From Eledone cirrhosa (lineage: Eukaryota): DNA of 64,000 bases. The position numbers and the translations under genes are program-made. Below, in pieces: positions 44,209 to 57,500 of the stretch. Where the stretch lies: NCBI GenBank assembly GCA_964016885.1, contig OZ024740.1:46686001-46750000 (forward strand), given 5' to 3'. The notes under the pieces are model-generated. The model did no database searches and was not told the origin of the DNA. It was given only the letters and a program-made list of their open reading frames with translations. Position 1 is the first letter of the stretch; every line of letters starts with the position of its first letter.

Positions 44209-44252
<44 letters not shown>

Positions 44253-47200
44253 TCATCAACGTTTAACGTCCGTGTTCCACGCTTGCATGGGTTTGGACGG
44301 GGGTTTTCCCACTTGAGGCAAGAGTGATTGTCGTGCTCGCATAGGACTGTCTGGCAGGTTTTCTACAGTTGGATGCCCTTCCTAACACCAACCACATTTA
44401 CAGTGTGGGTCTGGGAGGTATTTACCGTGTTGCCTACACGGCCACATTACAGCGTGGACTGTGTGTTTTTTTGTCATGACACCTACACGATCTCATTTGT
44501 TTCGGCCTGGATGGTGTGGCACCAACATAACTTTACATAGAAGGGGGCGGTGTGGATGGGGTGGGGGTGGTGGGACGGGGGTGTATTTTGTTAGAGATGC
44601 CTACTGACTGTAGTAGGTTTTACTATGTATTTAGGTAAGGCGGGTCTTCTCTATTACTGAGTACCGCCAAAGGTCTCGGTCCAGTGACATTGTCTTGGAG
44701 AGGTGTAAGTGTGTGAGGTCGGAGTTTATCAGCTCGTCCCAGGTTTTTCTGGGTCTGCCTATTCCGTGGCTACCGTCTATCTTTATTGCCCTGCACTTTG
44801 CTATACAGCTATCGTCTTTCATGCGCATCACGTGTCCATACCAACGTAGCCTTCTCTCGAGTAAACAACATCTGATCCCTCTTATTTCTAATTTTTTCCT
44901 TAGTTCGTTTATGCTTTGCCGTTCACGTATATTACTATTACACATCCAGCGGAGCATGCAAGCTTCGTTCCTCTCTAGTCTGCGTATATCCTCTGCACAC
45001 AATGCCCAGGTCTCACTGCCATGCAACATTGCTGTTCGTATGCAGGCATCATACAACCTGCCTTTCATTTTTAGGGAGAACCCTTTAGCGGCTAATAGTG
45101 GTATAAGCTCTCTGAACTTTTTCCATCCAGTTCTGACTCTAGCTACTGTACTTTCAGAGCACCCTCCCCCACTGCTGATTTTGTCACCCAGGTAACGGAA
45201 GCTGTCCAATATTTCTATAGAGCCCTCTGCGCAGTTGAAAGAGCTAGTATTTTGTGGGCACTTGCTGCTACTTATTGCACCAGAGCACCGGCCACATGTG
45301 AAATCTATGTTCTTAGTTAGCTTACCTGTGATCCCACTACATCTTTTATGCACCCATACTTTGCATTTCTGACACAAAATGGAGTTTCTACCTACGCCTT
45401 TCCTACACACTGAGCATGGCCACTTCCCGGAAGGGACCGCCGCCTTATTTTCTTTCCTACAAACTAGAACTTTGGTCTTAGCCAGGTTAATTTTAAGGCC
45501 TTTTGATTCTAGGCCATGCTTCCATGTTTGGAATTTCTTCTCTAGCTCGGCCATTGATTCAGCTATGAGTGTTAGGTCGTCTGCGTATAGGAGTTCCCAT
45601 GGGCAGCCGGTCTTGAACTCCTCTGTTATAGCCTGAAGGGCAATAATAAATAGTAGGGGGCTGAGAACAGAGCCCTGATGGATGCCAACTTTTACACTAA
45701 ACTCTTCACTATATTCGTTGTTAATTCTAACCTTGCTGACTGTTTCTTTATACATGGCTTGTATAGCTCTCACAAGCCATTCGTCAACACCTAGTTTTCT
45801 AAGAGCCCACCAGATAATGGAACGGGGGACTCTGTCGAAGGCTTTCTCCAAGTCGACAAAAGCTAAGTATAGGGGTTTACTTTTAGCTAGGTACTTCTCC
45901 TGTAGTTGTCGTACAATGAAAAGAGCATCTGTGGTACTTTTGCCTGACACAAACCTGAACTGCATTTCATCTAGATCAATTCTCTCTCTGATTAGTTGCG
46001 CTATTACTTTTTCCGTGACCTTCATGACCTGGTCGATTAATTTAATGCCTCTATAGTTACTCATATCTAGGGCATCTCCTTTACCCTTATAACAGTTAAC
46101 GATGATGCTGCTACGCCAGTCCTTCGGAACAACCCCATTCTGTACGACTTGGTTAACTATCCGGGTGACCATGGTATGTCCCACCGTGCCAGATGCCTTC
46201 AGCATCTCAGCAACTATTTCCGAAGGCCCAGCTGCCTTACCCGTCTTCATATCCTTGATTGCCTTACTTATGATACTACCCTCGACTAACACTGCTGGTC
46301 CCTCTATTGGGTCGATGTGGGGGAGACTGTCTTTCTCCCATTTATTCTCCTCATTTAGTAGCCTTTCATAGTGACACTTCCAAGCTACCTTCTTATCAGC
46401 GTTGGTGATGGCAAGTACGCCGTCATCATTAAGTACACACTTCTCCCTGATAATATCACGGTTTTCCTTGACACATTGCCTAGCAATCCTGAACACCTCA
46501 CGTTTTTGGTCCTCGCGTTGTAGAACATGCTTGAACTTTCTTTCCTCTGCTTCCCTTCTTGCGAAGTACACTTGTCTCCTAGCTTCCCTCCTGGCCACTT
46601 GATAGTCTTCTCTACTTCCCCCATCCCGCCATACTTTCCAAGCCTGCTTTTTGGCCTTAATTGACCCCTCCACCTTACTGTTCCACCACCATGTTACTCT
46701 CCTCCTGCCTACAGGCCTGCTCCAGCCACAGACTTCGTCTGCCGCCATCAGCAGGTTTGCTTTCAGGAATTCCCACTGCTCCTCTATATTGTACGACTCT
46801 AATTGCTCTTCCTTACTGTCGAAAGCATCAAGTAGTATGCTTTTAAATTTATTTCTGGCTGTGGGTTCCTTTAGCTTCCATATTTTTCTCCTGAGGATAG
46901 TCCTCTTCTGTTGTCTAGTACGTCTCGTCCTGACTATTAGGTCGCTAATTATCAGTCTATGTTGGGAGGTGCATTCTTCATGGGGGAGGGATTTAGTGTT
47001 TACAACAGACACTCTGTCACGCCTTCTGGTAAGGATATAATCTACCTGGCTTGTGTGTTTCCCGGATCTATAGGTGATCAGGTGATTGTCACGTTTTTTG
47101 AAGTTAGTGTTACAGATAGTTAGGTTATTTGCGTCACAGAATTCCAGGATTCTGGAGCCTTCCTCATTTCTAGTACCAAACCCATAGCCTCCATGGATTT

Positions 47201-47563
47201 CGTCGTAGCCGTCACAATGTTGTCCAACATGACCATTTAGGTCGCCTGCAATAATTATATAGTCACTGTCGGTTATTTGGGAGGTAGTGAGCATCAGTGT
47301 CTCGTAGAATCTGTCTTTTATAGTGCCGGGCAGTCCGGATTGGGGTGCGTACACAGATATTACTGTCACTGTAGTTCTATTGAGGACAAGTCTTATTTTA
47401 ATTATTCTGTCGTTCACTCTATTTACGTCTATTATCTTATCTACCTATTTTTCTGCTAATATGATTCCTACCCCACCCAGCCCATTGTCATTTCCCACCC
47501 AGCCCATTGTCATTTCCCACCCAGAAAAGCTTATAGCATCGTTTTTTACCCTCAATGAATCTA

Positions 47564-47613
<50 letters not shown>

Positions 47614-48525
47614 GATGACTGCAAACTCTGCTAAGAGTATTGCAATCGTTTGTCAGATTACAGAAAATGCTGCACTTTTAGGCTACGTCCAGCCACACGA
47701 ACCTGAACAAACAATACCTGTGCTTTGAAGCTTTTGTAAGTGGGGAAAGGCCTTGCACTCGACCAATCCCACTTTCTTTCTGAGCATCGAAAACACTATC
47801 CGAAAAGGAGAACTGGTCAACGTCATCGGATGCTTCCGAAGCCGCATGTATATACATATGTATATATATATGTATATACACATGTATATACACATGTATA
47901 TACATATGTATATATATATTGTCAAGGCAGAATTCTAGGCGAAGGAAAACTCTGATATAACACCTGCAACTCTGATGGTATCCAATGATGTTGACTTGTT
48001 CTTCTTTTTGGTAAATATCATCTTGGTTAAGAGAGTGGGACTGGCTTTGTGCAGTGCCTTTTCTCACTATAAAAGCTTCACGGCATAGGCATTGCTTTAT
48101 ATCTAGGATCTCTCTGCACTTGTCGTCACATGGTACCATGGGCCCAGCACTGTGTGTCAATAATTGTCACAAGTGTAGTGTTTGTACCAGAGTTTTCAAG
48201 TCGCTGGCTGGACTAAAAAGTCACTCGTTCAGCGCATCGGTAGGGGTTCTCCTACATGGATATAAAGTAGTGGCCGTACTCGAAAACGAGTTGGCAGCCA
48301 CCATATACATATATATATATATACATATATGTATATACATATATATATAAATGAGGTTGGTGTTAGGAAGGGCATCCCGCTGTAGAAATCAAGCCAGAAT
48401 CAGTTCCTGTATGAGCAAGACAAGGTCAGTCGACCGGACACTGCCCACAACAGGACAACCTGTCTAACCCATGCTAGCGTGGAAGAACGGACGTAAAACG
48501 GTGATGATGGTGATGATGATGATGA

Positions 48526-48559
<34 letters not shown>

Positions 48560-51500
48560 GAAGGTTGTGAGTTCAATTCTCAGACCGGGTGATGTGTTGT
48601 TTCCTTGAACAAGACATTTTATTTCACATTGCTCCAGTTTACTCAGCTGTAGAAATGAGATGATAGGACTGGGGTCCCTATCATTCCACTGCAAAGTGGT
48701 CGTGGAGGTGCCACAGCAAAAAAGCACCCAGCCCACACTGTAAAGTGGACGTGTAGGCACCACGGAAAAAAAGCACCCAGCACTCACTGTAAATGAGGTT
48801 GGTGTTAGGAAGGGCATCCAGCTGTAGAAATCAAGCCAGAATCAGTTTCCGTCCCACCCTTGCAAGCAGGGAAAAGCGGACATAAAATGATATATATATA
48901 TTTTGGAATGTTATAAAAATATTTTACCTCAGTAGATTCTGTAGCTGTAGCCATTAATTCAGTAAAGTTAAGCCAATCTGAGCTACAAATACAAACAAAA
49001 TAGTAAAACAGTAGCAAAAATTCAGTTTGAGTAAGAAGAAAGAAACTGAACAAGCAAAACACCTAGATGTGACAACAAATACAGACTCTGCAGAATTAAC
49101 ATCAAAGATGTCACCCATGTCATAAGCATGTCACTACCTTTCTCTAGTGTGTATGTATGTATATCTTTTTCTAGTGCGTATGTATGTATACACACACACA
49201 CAGGTTTGTGTTGAACTACTGTCAGCTCTGACAATGAGTGTAGTAATATTTTAACTCTTTCGTGATTGCATTTCCAATAAAATACACTCTATTTTAATTA
49301 ACTAATGAAGAATTTCGAAGGATTTAATAAAATTATTAATTATTTTATTACTAAGAAAGTAACTTAATGTAAGGTTCCTTTATAAAATTATGTTGGAAGA
49401 TTTTAATTTAAATTGGAAACCTTTAAAATGGGTGATTAAATTTTATAGAACCAGAGCCAGTTTTGGCTAGGTTGGTAATTACAGGGTTAACCAATGGAAC
49501 AGGTAAATATACTCTTAATGTAATTCTTAGGGAGATTTGGCATGACACAGTGTGGTACAAGGCAGGGTTTTTGAATTTCTTTCCAGCTGAGTGTTCAAGG
49601 ACAATATAATACCAGGAATTGAACTCATGAGATTATGATTACGAGCTGAACACCCTAACCATGATGTCACATACCTTCACACACACACATATACATACAT
49701 ACATACACACATCTGTATACGCATATTACAGACATAGCATGCATTACACGTCTTTTAAGCTCTCCCACCTCCCAAACAGCAGCTGTGGTGGTGGTAGTAG
49801 TAGTTGTAGTAGCAGCAGCAGCAGCAACAGAAGCAGCAGCAGTAGCAGCACAGTTTCAATCAACTAAATTTACTCAATAGTCTAAGCTATAATAGAAGAA
49901 ACTTGTCTAAGGTGTTCCACAGTGCGCTACTAAAACTCAAAATCATGTGAATGTGAAGAAAACTTCTTAACCATACAGCCATGCTTGTGCCTATAATCTA
50001 ATAAACTATAATAAAGTAAGGAGTGCGGGACTGCATTCAGAATATATATTTTTTATCCCGTTTGTAAAATAAGTTGGATTACTTTTACATTCTGAGTTCA
50101 AATCCCATCGAGGGTATTATTATTATTGGTTATGGATTGGCAGTAATCGGTAGAGCATCGGACATATTTTGTGGCATAGAGTTGCATCCTTTTACATTCT
50201 GAGTTTGAATCCTGCCGAGGTTAGCTCTGCCTTTCATCCTTACAGGGTTGGTAAAATAAATTACCAGTGATACACGGGGGTCGATTTAATCGATTTTCCC
50301 TTCCTCCCAAAATTGTTGACTTTGTGCCTGAATCAGAAACTATTATTAGGGCGATCGGTAGAGGGTCTGACGCCATGCTTTGCAGCAAACAGTTACGGCT
50401 CCTTATGGTCTGAGTTCAAATCCCGCCGAGGTTAACTTTGCTTTTCATCCTTACGGGGTCGATAAAATAAAGTACCAGTAATACACAGGGTATTTGCTGG
50501 CCTTGTGCCAAAAGTAGAAACAATTATTAGGGCGGTTGATTGGCAGAATTGGTAGAGCGTCAGACACCATGCTTTGCAGCATAGAGTTATGGCCCTTTCT
50601 GATTTAGGCACAAGACCAACAATTTTGGAGGAGTGGAAAGTCAATTAAATCGACCCAGTGTGTTACAGGTACTTTATTTGATCGACCTCGTAAGGATGAA
50701 AGGTAAAGTTAACCTCAGCGAGATTTGAACTCTGAACAAAAGAAGATATAACTTTATGCTATGAAGCATATTGTTTGATGCTCTACCAATACTGCCAATC
50801 CACCACCCTACACCAGCTTAATAATTGTTTCTACTTTTGGCACAAGACCAGCAATTACCCCAGTGCATTACTGGTACTTTATTTTATCAACCATGTAAGG
50901 ATGAAAGGCAAAGTTAACCTTGGCGGGATTTGAACTCAGAAAATAAAGGGCCATAACTTCATGCTGCAAAGCATGGTGTCTGATGCTCTACCAATACTGA
51001 GAATGTTAATTATATTACTAAATCCTTCCAAATTCTTAATTATTTTCAAAATTATTTTTAAATGTTTATTTTAAAGTGCTCATAGTTATCTAAAAACCTA
51101 TCATAATTTTATGTAAGAACCTTTGTTAACCCTTTAGCATTTAAACTGGCCATATCTGGCTAGAATTCTCTAACCTCTTTCTGTTCAAACCAGCCATAAC
51201 TGGCTGCTCATACTGATGTTAAAGTATTCTCAAAATAAATAACATGAAAATCTCATAGATTTGATATTATGTTAGATAATTATGTAAGATAAAGCACCAC
51301 AAAAATACAATAATATATATAGAGTAAATGCTAAAGGGTTACATAATAATAATAATGAAAATTATTGTGTACAGTGCTCAGGTGCACTACAACTCATCAA
51401 AGGGGCATGTATAGTACATAGAATAATGTACAAATGTCAGGAAAGTGAACAGTGTAGGAGTCATGATATACATGTGTGTGTATGGAGGGGGAATATCAGG

Positions 51501-54500
51501 TGTAGTGTTGACGAATCTCAGGAAGCATGGAGGTTTTGAAGGATGCAGTGTCTCGACGTCTAACTGATGCAGGTAGTGTAGTTTATTCCATGTTTCAGCA
51601 ACAGTGAGCATGAAACAATGTTTCCAAAAGTCATGGGAGCTGTACTGTTTTCTGGTTTTGTAGCATGTCCATGGGTGTTAGACATATAGAATTCAAAAAG
51701 TGCCCAGGCTTGTTGTTGGAAACATGGTTAACAACAACCTTGGGTACCATTTTGAATTCCATATGTCTAACACGTTTAAAACACCAGCTTAAGCCTTTAG
51801 CATTTACACTGGTCGTATCTGGCCAAAATTCTCTCACCTCTTTCTGTTCAAGCTGGCTGTAATTAGCCAATCATACTGACGTTAAGGTATTGTTCTCAAA
51901 ATAAATAATATCAAAATATTGTAGATTCAATATTATGTGAAATATTACATGTGAGATAAAGCCTTTACCACAAAAATACAATAGTAAATATAGAGTAATG
52001 TAAATACTAAAGGGTTAAAATGAGAATGTTAATAATATTACTAAATCCTTCTAAGTATTTTAAGTATTTTAAAACCATATGCAGTGTCTTTCATTAAAAA
52101 TATGGTAATGAAAGGATTAATACTTACCCATTAGTTGATTGTGGACCAACATACAACTTTGTTTTCAAAGTAGGGCAACTATCAGAACACTGAAGAGTAA
52201 AGCAAACATAAAACAAAAATTTGTCATCGGGAAATGGTAGTATGAATGCTTAAGGGTTTAAAGTTATTACTAGGATTTCCTTGTGAGTAACAAATTTAGA
52301 GATTAAAAAAATAACTATTTAATGTCATCATATGATTTATAAGAATGATTATAAAAGATATAGTTATGTCATGTATATATATATATATATATATATATAC
52401 TATTCAGAATAATAATAAATGAAGACATTCACATAATCAAAATATATGTTTTATTATATATATTTCGAAGGTACTGGGGTCCCTATCATTCCGCTGCAAA
52501 GTGGTCGAGGAGGTGCCACGGCAAAAAAGCACCCAGCACTCACTGTAAAGTGGACACGTAGGCGCAACGGAAAAAAAAGCACTCAGCACTCGCTGTAAAT
52601 GAGGTTGGTGTTAGGAAGAGCATCCAACTGTAGAAATCAAGCCAGAATCAGTTCCCGTCCCACCCTTGCAAGCAGGGAAAAGCGGACATAAAATGATGAT
52701 ATATATATATATATATATATATTTCGTTTCTGAATTTGTTTAGCAAGATTCTTTATCTGAAAACGTGTGTTGAAACCAATATTGTTATGCTTTGGGAGGG
52801 TCATGTTGCCAATAATAAATTGGAGTGAAAGCAACTGATGCGTGTGTTTCTTATTGGCAACATGACCTTCCCAAAGCATAACAATATATATATATATATA
52901 CATATGTGTGTATATATATATATTGCTCATTTGCAATACTTTTTTTTATCAAAATTTATATGTGAGATATGTGAATAGGTACAAAATGCAGGGGAACAAA
53001 TTTTCCATTTCAAATTTTTTAAAATTTAATTTTTACTTTTGGTGAACTCACTTTTTCCATTTTCATTTTTGATAGATTCTGTTGTTTTTTTATTTTTTAT
53101 TTTATTGTATTTCATGGGTAAATTGCAATAAATTGTACTATAAGTGTTATTAAAACAAAATTGTTCTGCTGCAAGTTACAGAATAGCACATTGCAGATGC
53201 TTGTTTGATAAGACCCATGCTATGGTGTGTGGGAATTTAAGATGCAAGTCTGGTCCATTTGAGATATTAGTGACCCTGATTAAATACTGACATCGTTTGT
53301 GACAACCAGTCTAATGCTGGTGAGCATGAAAAACAGATATTAAATGACAATAGCGATGATGTGAATCTGTTACCTCATTTATCAAACTCTGAGTTTCCTC
53401 ACTGGCCACAATACATTTGGCTCCAGAATGAAGTAGGCGATATTTGATGTCAGCAACTCGTAACTGTGTGGTACCAGGACATGCAATGATTCCTACATAA
53501 AAAAAACAATGTATATATATATATAGAGTACCCCGATCTGTCATCTAGTGTTCCCTAAGGAAACTAGGTGTAGAGGAATGGCTTGTGATGACAGTGCAAG
53601 CTATGTACAGGGGTGCTGTCAGTAAAGTGAGAGTAGGTATGGAGTTTAGTGAGGAATTCCAGATATAAGTAGGTGTACATCAGGGTTCGGTCCTCAGCCG
53701 GCTCTTGTTCATTATAGTCATCCAAGCCATAACAGAGGAGTTTAAAACTGGATGCCCATGGGAACTTCTCTATGCTGACGATCTGGTTCTTATAGCAGAA
53801 TCAGTAGAGGAGCTAGAGAATAAATTCTGGCTATGGAAACAGCAGTTGGAAGCAAGAGGACTGAGAGTGAACCTAGCTAAGATAAAAGTGTTGATGAGTA
53901 GAAAAGAGGACAAAACTCTGATTCTGTCAGGGAAATGGCCATGTTCGATATGCAGAAAAGGAACTGGCATAAATTCTATAAAATGCACACAATGCAGATC
54001 CTGGGTACACAAGAGATGTAGCGGGATAGCTGGCAAACTAACAGGTAGGGAGAAATATGTATGCGGTAGATGTACCGGGAAATTAGACAGTAGAAGTCGC
54101 ATTGATAGACACATTTTTCAAATGCAGGAGGGTGCTATACAAGTGGTGGATAGCTTCCGGTACCTAGATCAGATTAGCATGGGAGGGGGCTGTTCCAAGG
54201 CCATAGTATCTAGAATAAGGACGGGTTGGAAGAAGTTTAGGGAGCTGCTTCCTCTGCTGACGAAGAAGAGTTTCTCCCTGCATACGAAAGGACGGTTATA
54301 TGATGCCTGTGTGAGATGTGCGATGCTACTCAGAACGTAAAGAGCCATAGCTATATACCACAAAGCATGTTGTCCGACACTCCACAGATACTGCAGTAAA
54401 CATGACAATACATCTATTTATCTGCATCATCTCATAAGGAAAAACAAAAACTATCAAAATTGATGAGTTAATATTTACAATCACACCTTTTTAATCAATT

Positions 54501-57500
54501 ATACATAAACATATGTCAACTATATTTTACAAAAAGAAGTTATACAATGATGGAAATATGAGAAGGAAAAGATAAAAACAAAATTAAGTAATGAAAAGAG
54601 GAGGGAAATGGTAAGATGTGTCAATTTATATTGACAGAATTAGCAATAAATCCACTGAAAAACCAGTAGATAGACATTAACTGAATGGGCAAAGAATTTA
54701 CTCATATTGGGAGTAAGCTGTATCAACAAATTACATACTTTGCAATTTCTTCATAAGAAAACAGAAGTTACCTGCTTTAATGGCTGCAAGATTTAGCACC
54801 CACCATTCTGGGACACGTGGAAGAATAATCATAACGCAATCCCCTTTTTTAAGACCACATGAAGACTGGAGAACATTAGCTGCTCTAAAAAATATAAAAT
54901 TAATTTTTATGATTTTCAAAGCACTGGGAGAATCTGAAATTTGAAAAATGTGAGCATCCCAAACATAGAAAATAACTGTAATAACAATGATCAGTGTAAA
55001 TAATAGCTGAGAAAATTGGGTAATATACATGAAGCAATGTGATGGGGGATTGCACCTTGGGATCAGAGGGGCATGTGAGGCTGCTATGGGGAGATTGTCA
55101 GAAGTTGGGGGCCACCTGACCAGAAGCGAGATGATGAGTGATGTACCATGAGGGTTTAGGGGCTACTGACTTCCTCTTTCCCAGCAGTACATGGTCAAGT
55201 GAGGACATGTTATGTGAAGCGAGACTGAGAGAGGCTCTGATACCCTAAGTTGGATGTAAGAGATGTGGATGGTGGACAACTTAGTCCAAAGTGAATCAAA
55301 GACACAAGGTAAGTTTGACTGCTTCTGGTTACAGGTGACATTACTATAAAAACTGAAAAAAATCATTTAATGTCCACTTTCCCTGCTAGCGAGGGTTTGA
55401 TAGGTTTTCTCAGAATTGAGTCCATACTGAAGTGGAGCTACTGATCTCCCAGACAGGCTGGGGTTTCGCATCTTGCTTGCATATGGTTCCATGTTCTACC
55501 AAGTGCTTTCATCATGGCACCAGCACGAAAGATCTTTCATAACTGCCTCAGCAAGTTGGCATAGTACTCTCAATCGATGGTGTGGCCTTCTTGAAGATAG
55601 TCAGTAAACACAATGGCTTTTGCATCCAAAAATACAGGCAATCACCTTCCCTGCAGATGACTTTGGTCTTCTTTGGAGCAGGTGAGGATAGGTGTTTACA
55701 CTGCATGGATTGTCTCTTTTTCTCTGGCTCAAAGTGATGAACACTTATCCTGGGTTAGGAAACGTTCTAGAAAATCAGCTGGATCTGCATTAAACAATGT
55801 CAGATTTTCTCCTGATGTGATCAGCTTGGTGCGCTTTTGATCAGTGTCAGAAAACATGATACCCACCCAGCAGAAACATTCATCATACCAAGTTCATTGT
55901 GCAGAATATTCTCTACTCTCTTGCGGGATATGCTAGTATCATTGGCTAGTTGATTTATAGTTAATTGTCTGTCATCCATCGCCATGTGGAGAATACAATC
56001 AATGTTTTCCTCACTGGGGGCAGTTGCAGGACATCTAGATCTTGGGTCATATCCAAGACTCTTTTCCTCTCCTAAATTCAGCTGCCCACTTTTGCACTGT
56101 TGATAAAGCTAGAGTATCATCCCCTAATATAGCGACCATGTCAGTCTGAATGTCCTTGAGGCTCAAAGCCTTTTTCTGCAGGTACTTTATAACACCATGA
56201 TGCCAAATTTTGTCCATTTTCATGAGAAACACTACTAGTGACTTCTCATACTTTGAAGTCTTTTTTTGAACAGTCAGATGTCAGTTTACCTGAAAAGAAA
56301 CAATGTAGTTATTAATAAGAAATGATGAAATTAATGCATGCAAAATTTCACAACTCTAGCATCACTCTTTCATAATCAGCCTATGAACTTTTTAGCACAC
56401 CCTTGTATAAAACTGAAGTAAACAAAAGAAAAGATAAAGCAAAACTTACTTGTTAGATAATTTCATCAGGTCTTTAAATGTCCATTTAATCTCTTGACCG
56501 GTACCATCAGCAAACCAAAATGCCAATGACTTTGCAGGATCCTCATCATACTAACAAAAAAAAATTATTATACTGTTCTTTTAATAATCAATGGATTTGG
56601 TAAAATGAAAATTAAAGTATTCCACTCAACAATGTATCTCTAGAATGAACTTGCCCTACCTTTTGACACACAAAAGGAAGTGACTTTGTCCACCATGAAA
56701 CCTCCTCCTTCTTTCTGTAACACCTTTATGCCCACATATTGGATATCTTATAAAAGGTGACTGGAAATTCAAACCAGTGAGAAAATATATTAATTTTTTT
56801 CCTGTGTCCAGGTTGTTTGGAATTATGTTTTACAAGCTCCTTTCACTGATTCCTTGTGCTAAATATATTTGTTTAGGCACTAAGATTTATGTGTTGTTAA
56901 TATAAATAGTTATGCATTAATGTATCCCTAATATCATTACAAATGAATATCCTAATAATCTGGAGACAATATCTTTAACCCTTTCGCATTTAAACCGGCT
57001 GTATCCAACCAGAATTCTCTAACCTCTTTCTGTTTAGACTGGCTGTAACTAGCGACTCATACTGATGTTAAAGTATTGTTCTCAAAATAAATAACATCAA
57101 AATCTTGTAGATTTGATTTTATGTGAGATACGTAAGATAAAGTCTTTACCACAAAAATACAATAGTATATATTGAGTAATGTAAATGCTAAAGGGTTAAT
57201 ACAAAAAAATAGGCTGATCAGATCTTTAGAGTTAATTAAACTTTTGAGAGAAATGTAGCCCAAATCAATTGCCATTACTAAAAACACATACCTGCACTAA
57301 ATACACTACAACAAAACACATGCAATTGTCAAGATCAAGCTAAATGTCCATGGTGTATAGAGCTATGCTCATTCCACCAGATGGTATCCCACGGAACGCT
57401 ATAGAGCTCACTACAAATGACTTCAAAGGATGATATCAGCATATAAACTCTTTTAGACCAAGAAACAATGGAAACTCTACCTCACTGTTTCATGTCATGA

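Noticed and set aside
44695-47040. Series of plus-strand ORFs opposite the RTE (also antisense ORFs over the other LINEs)
   Set aside because: Shadow frames of retroelement coding sequence with no independent motifs
44631-47417. Autonomous active LINE or domesticated host gene
   Set aside because: The track start is GTG, an in-frame stop lies upstream, and the endonuclease N-terminus is lost to 5' truncation
48054-48350. C2H2 zinc-finger gene (CSVCTRVFKSLAGLKSH)
   Set aside because: Single incomplete finger between (AT)n tracts with no exon context; more likely a LINE 3' remnant
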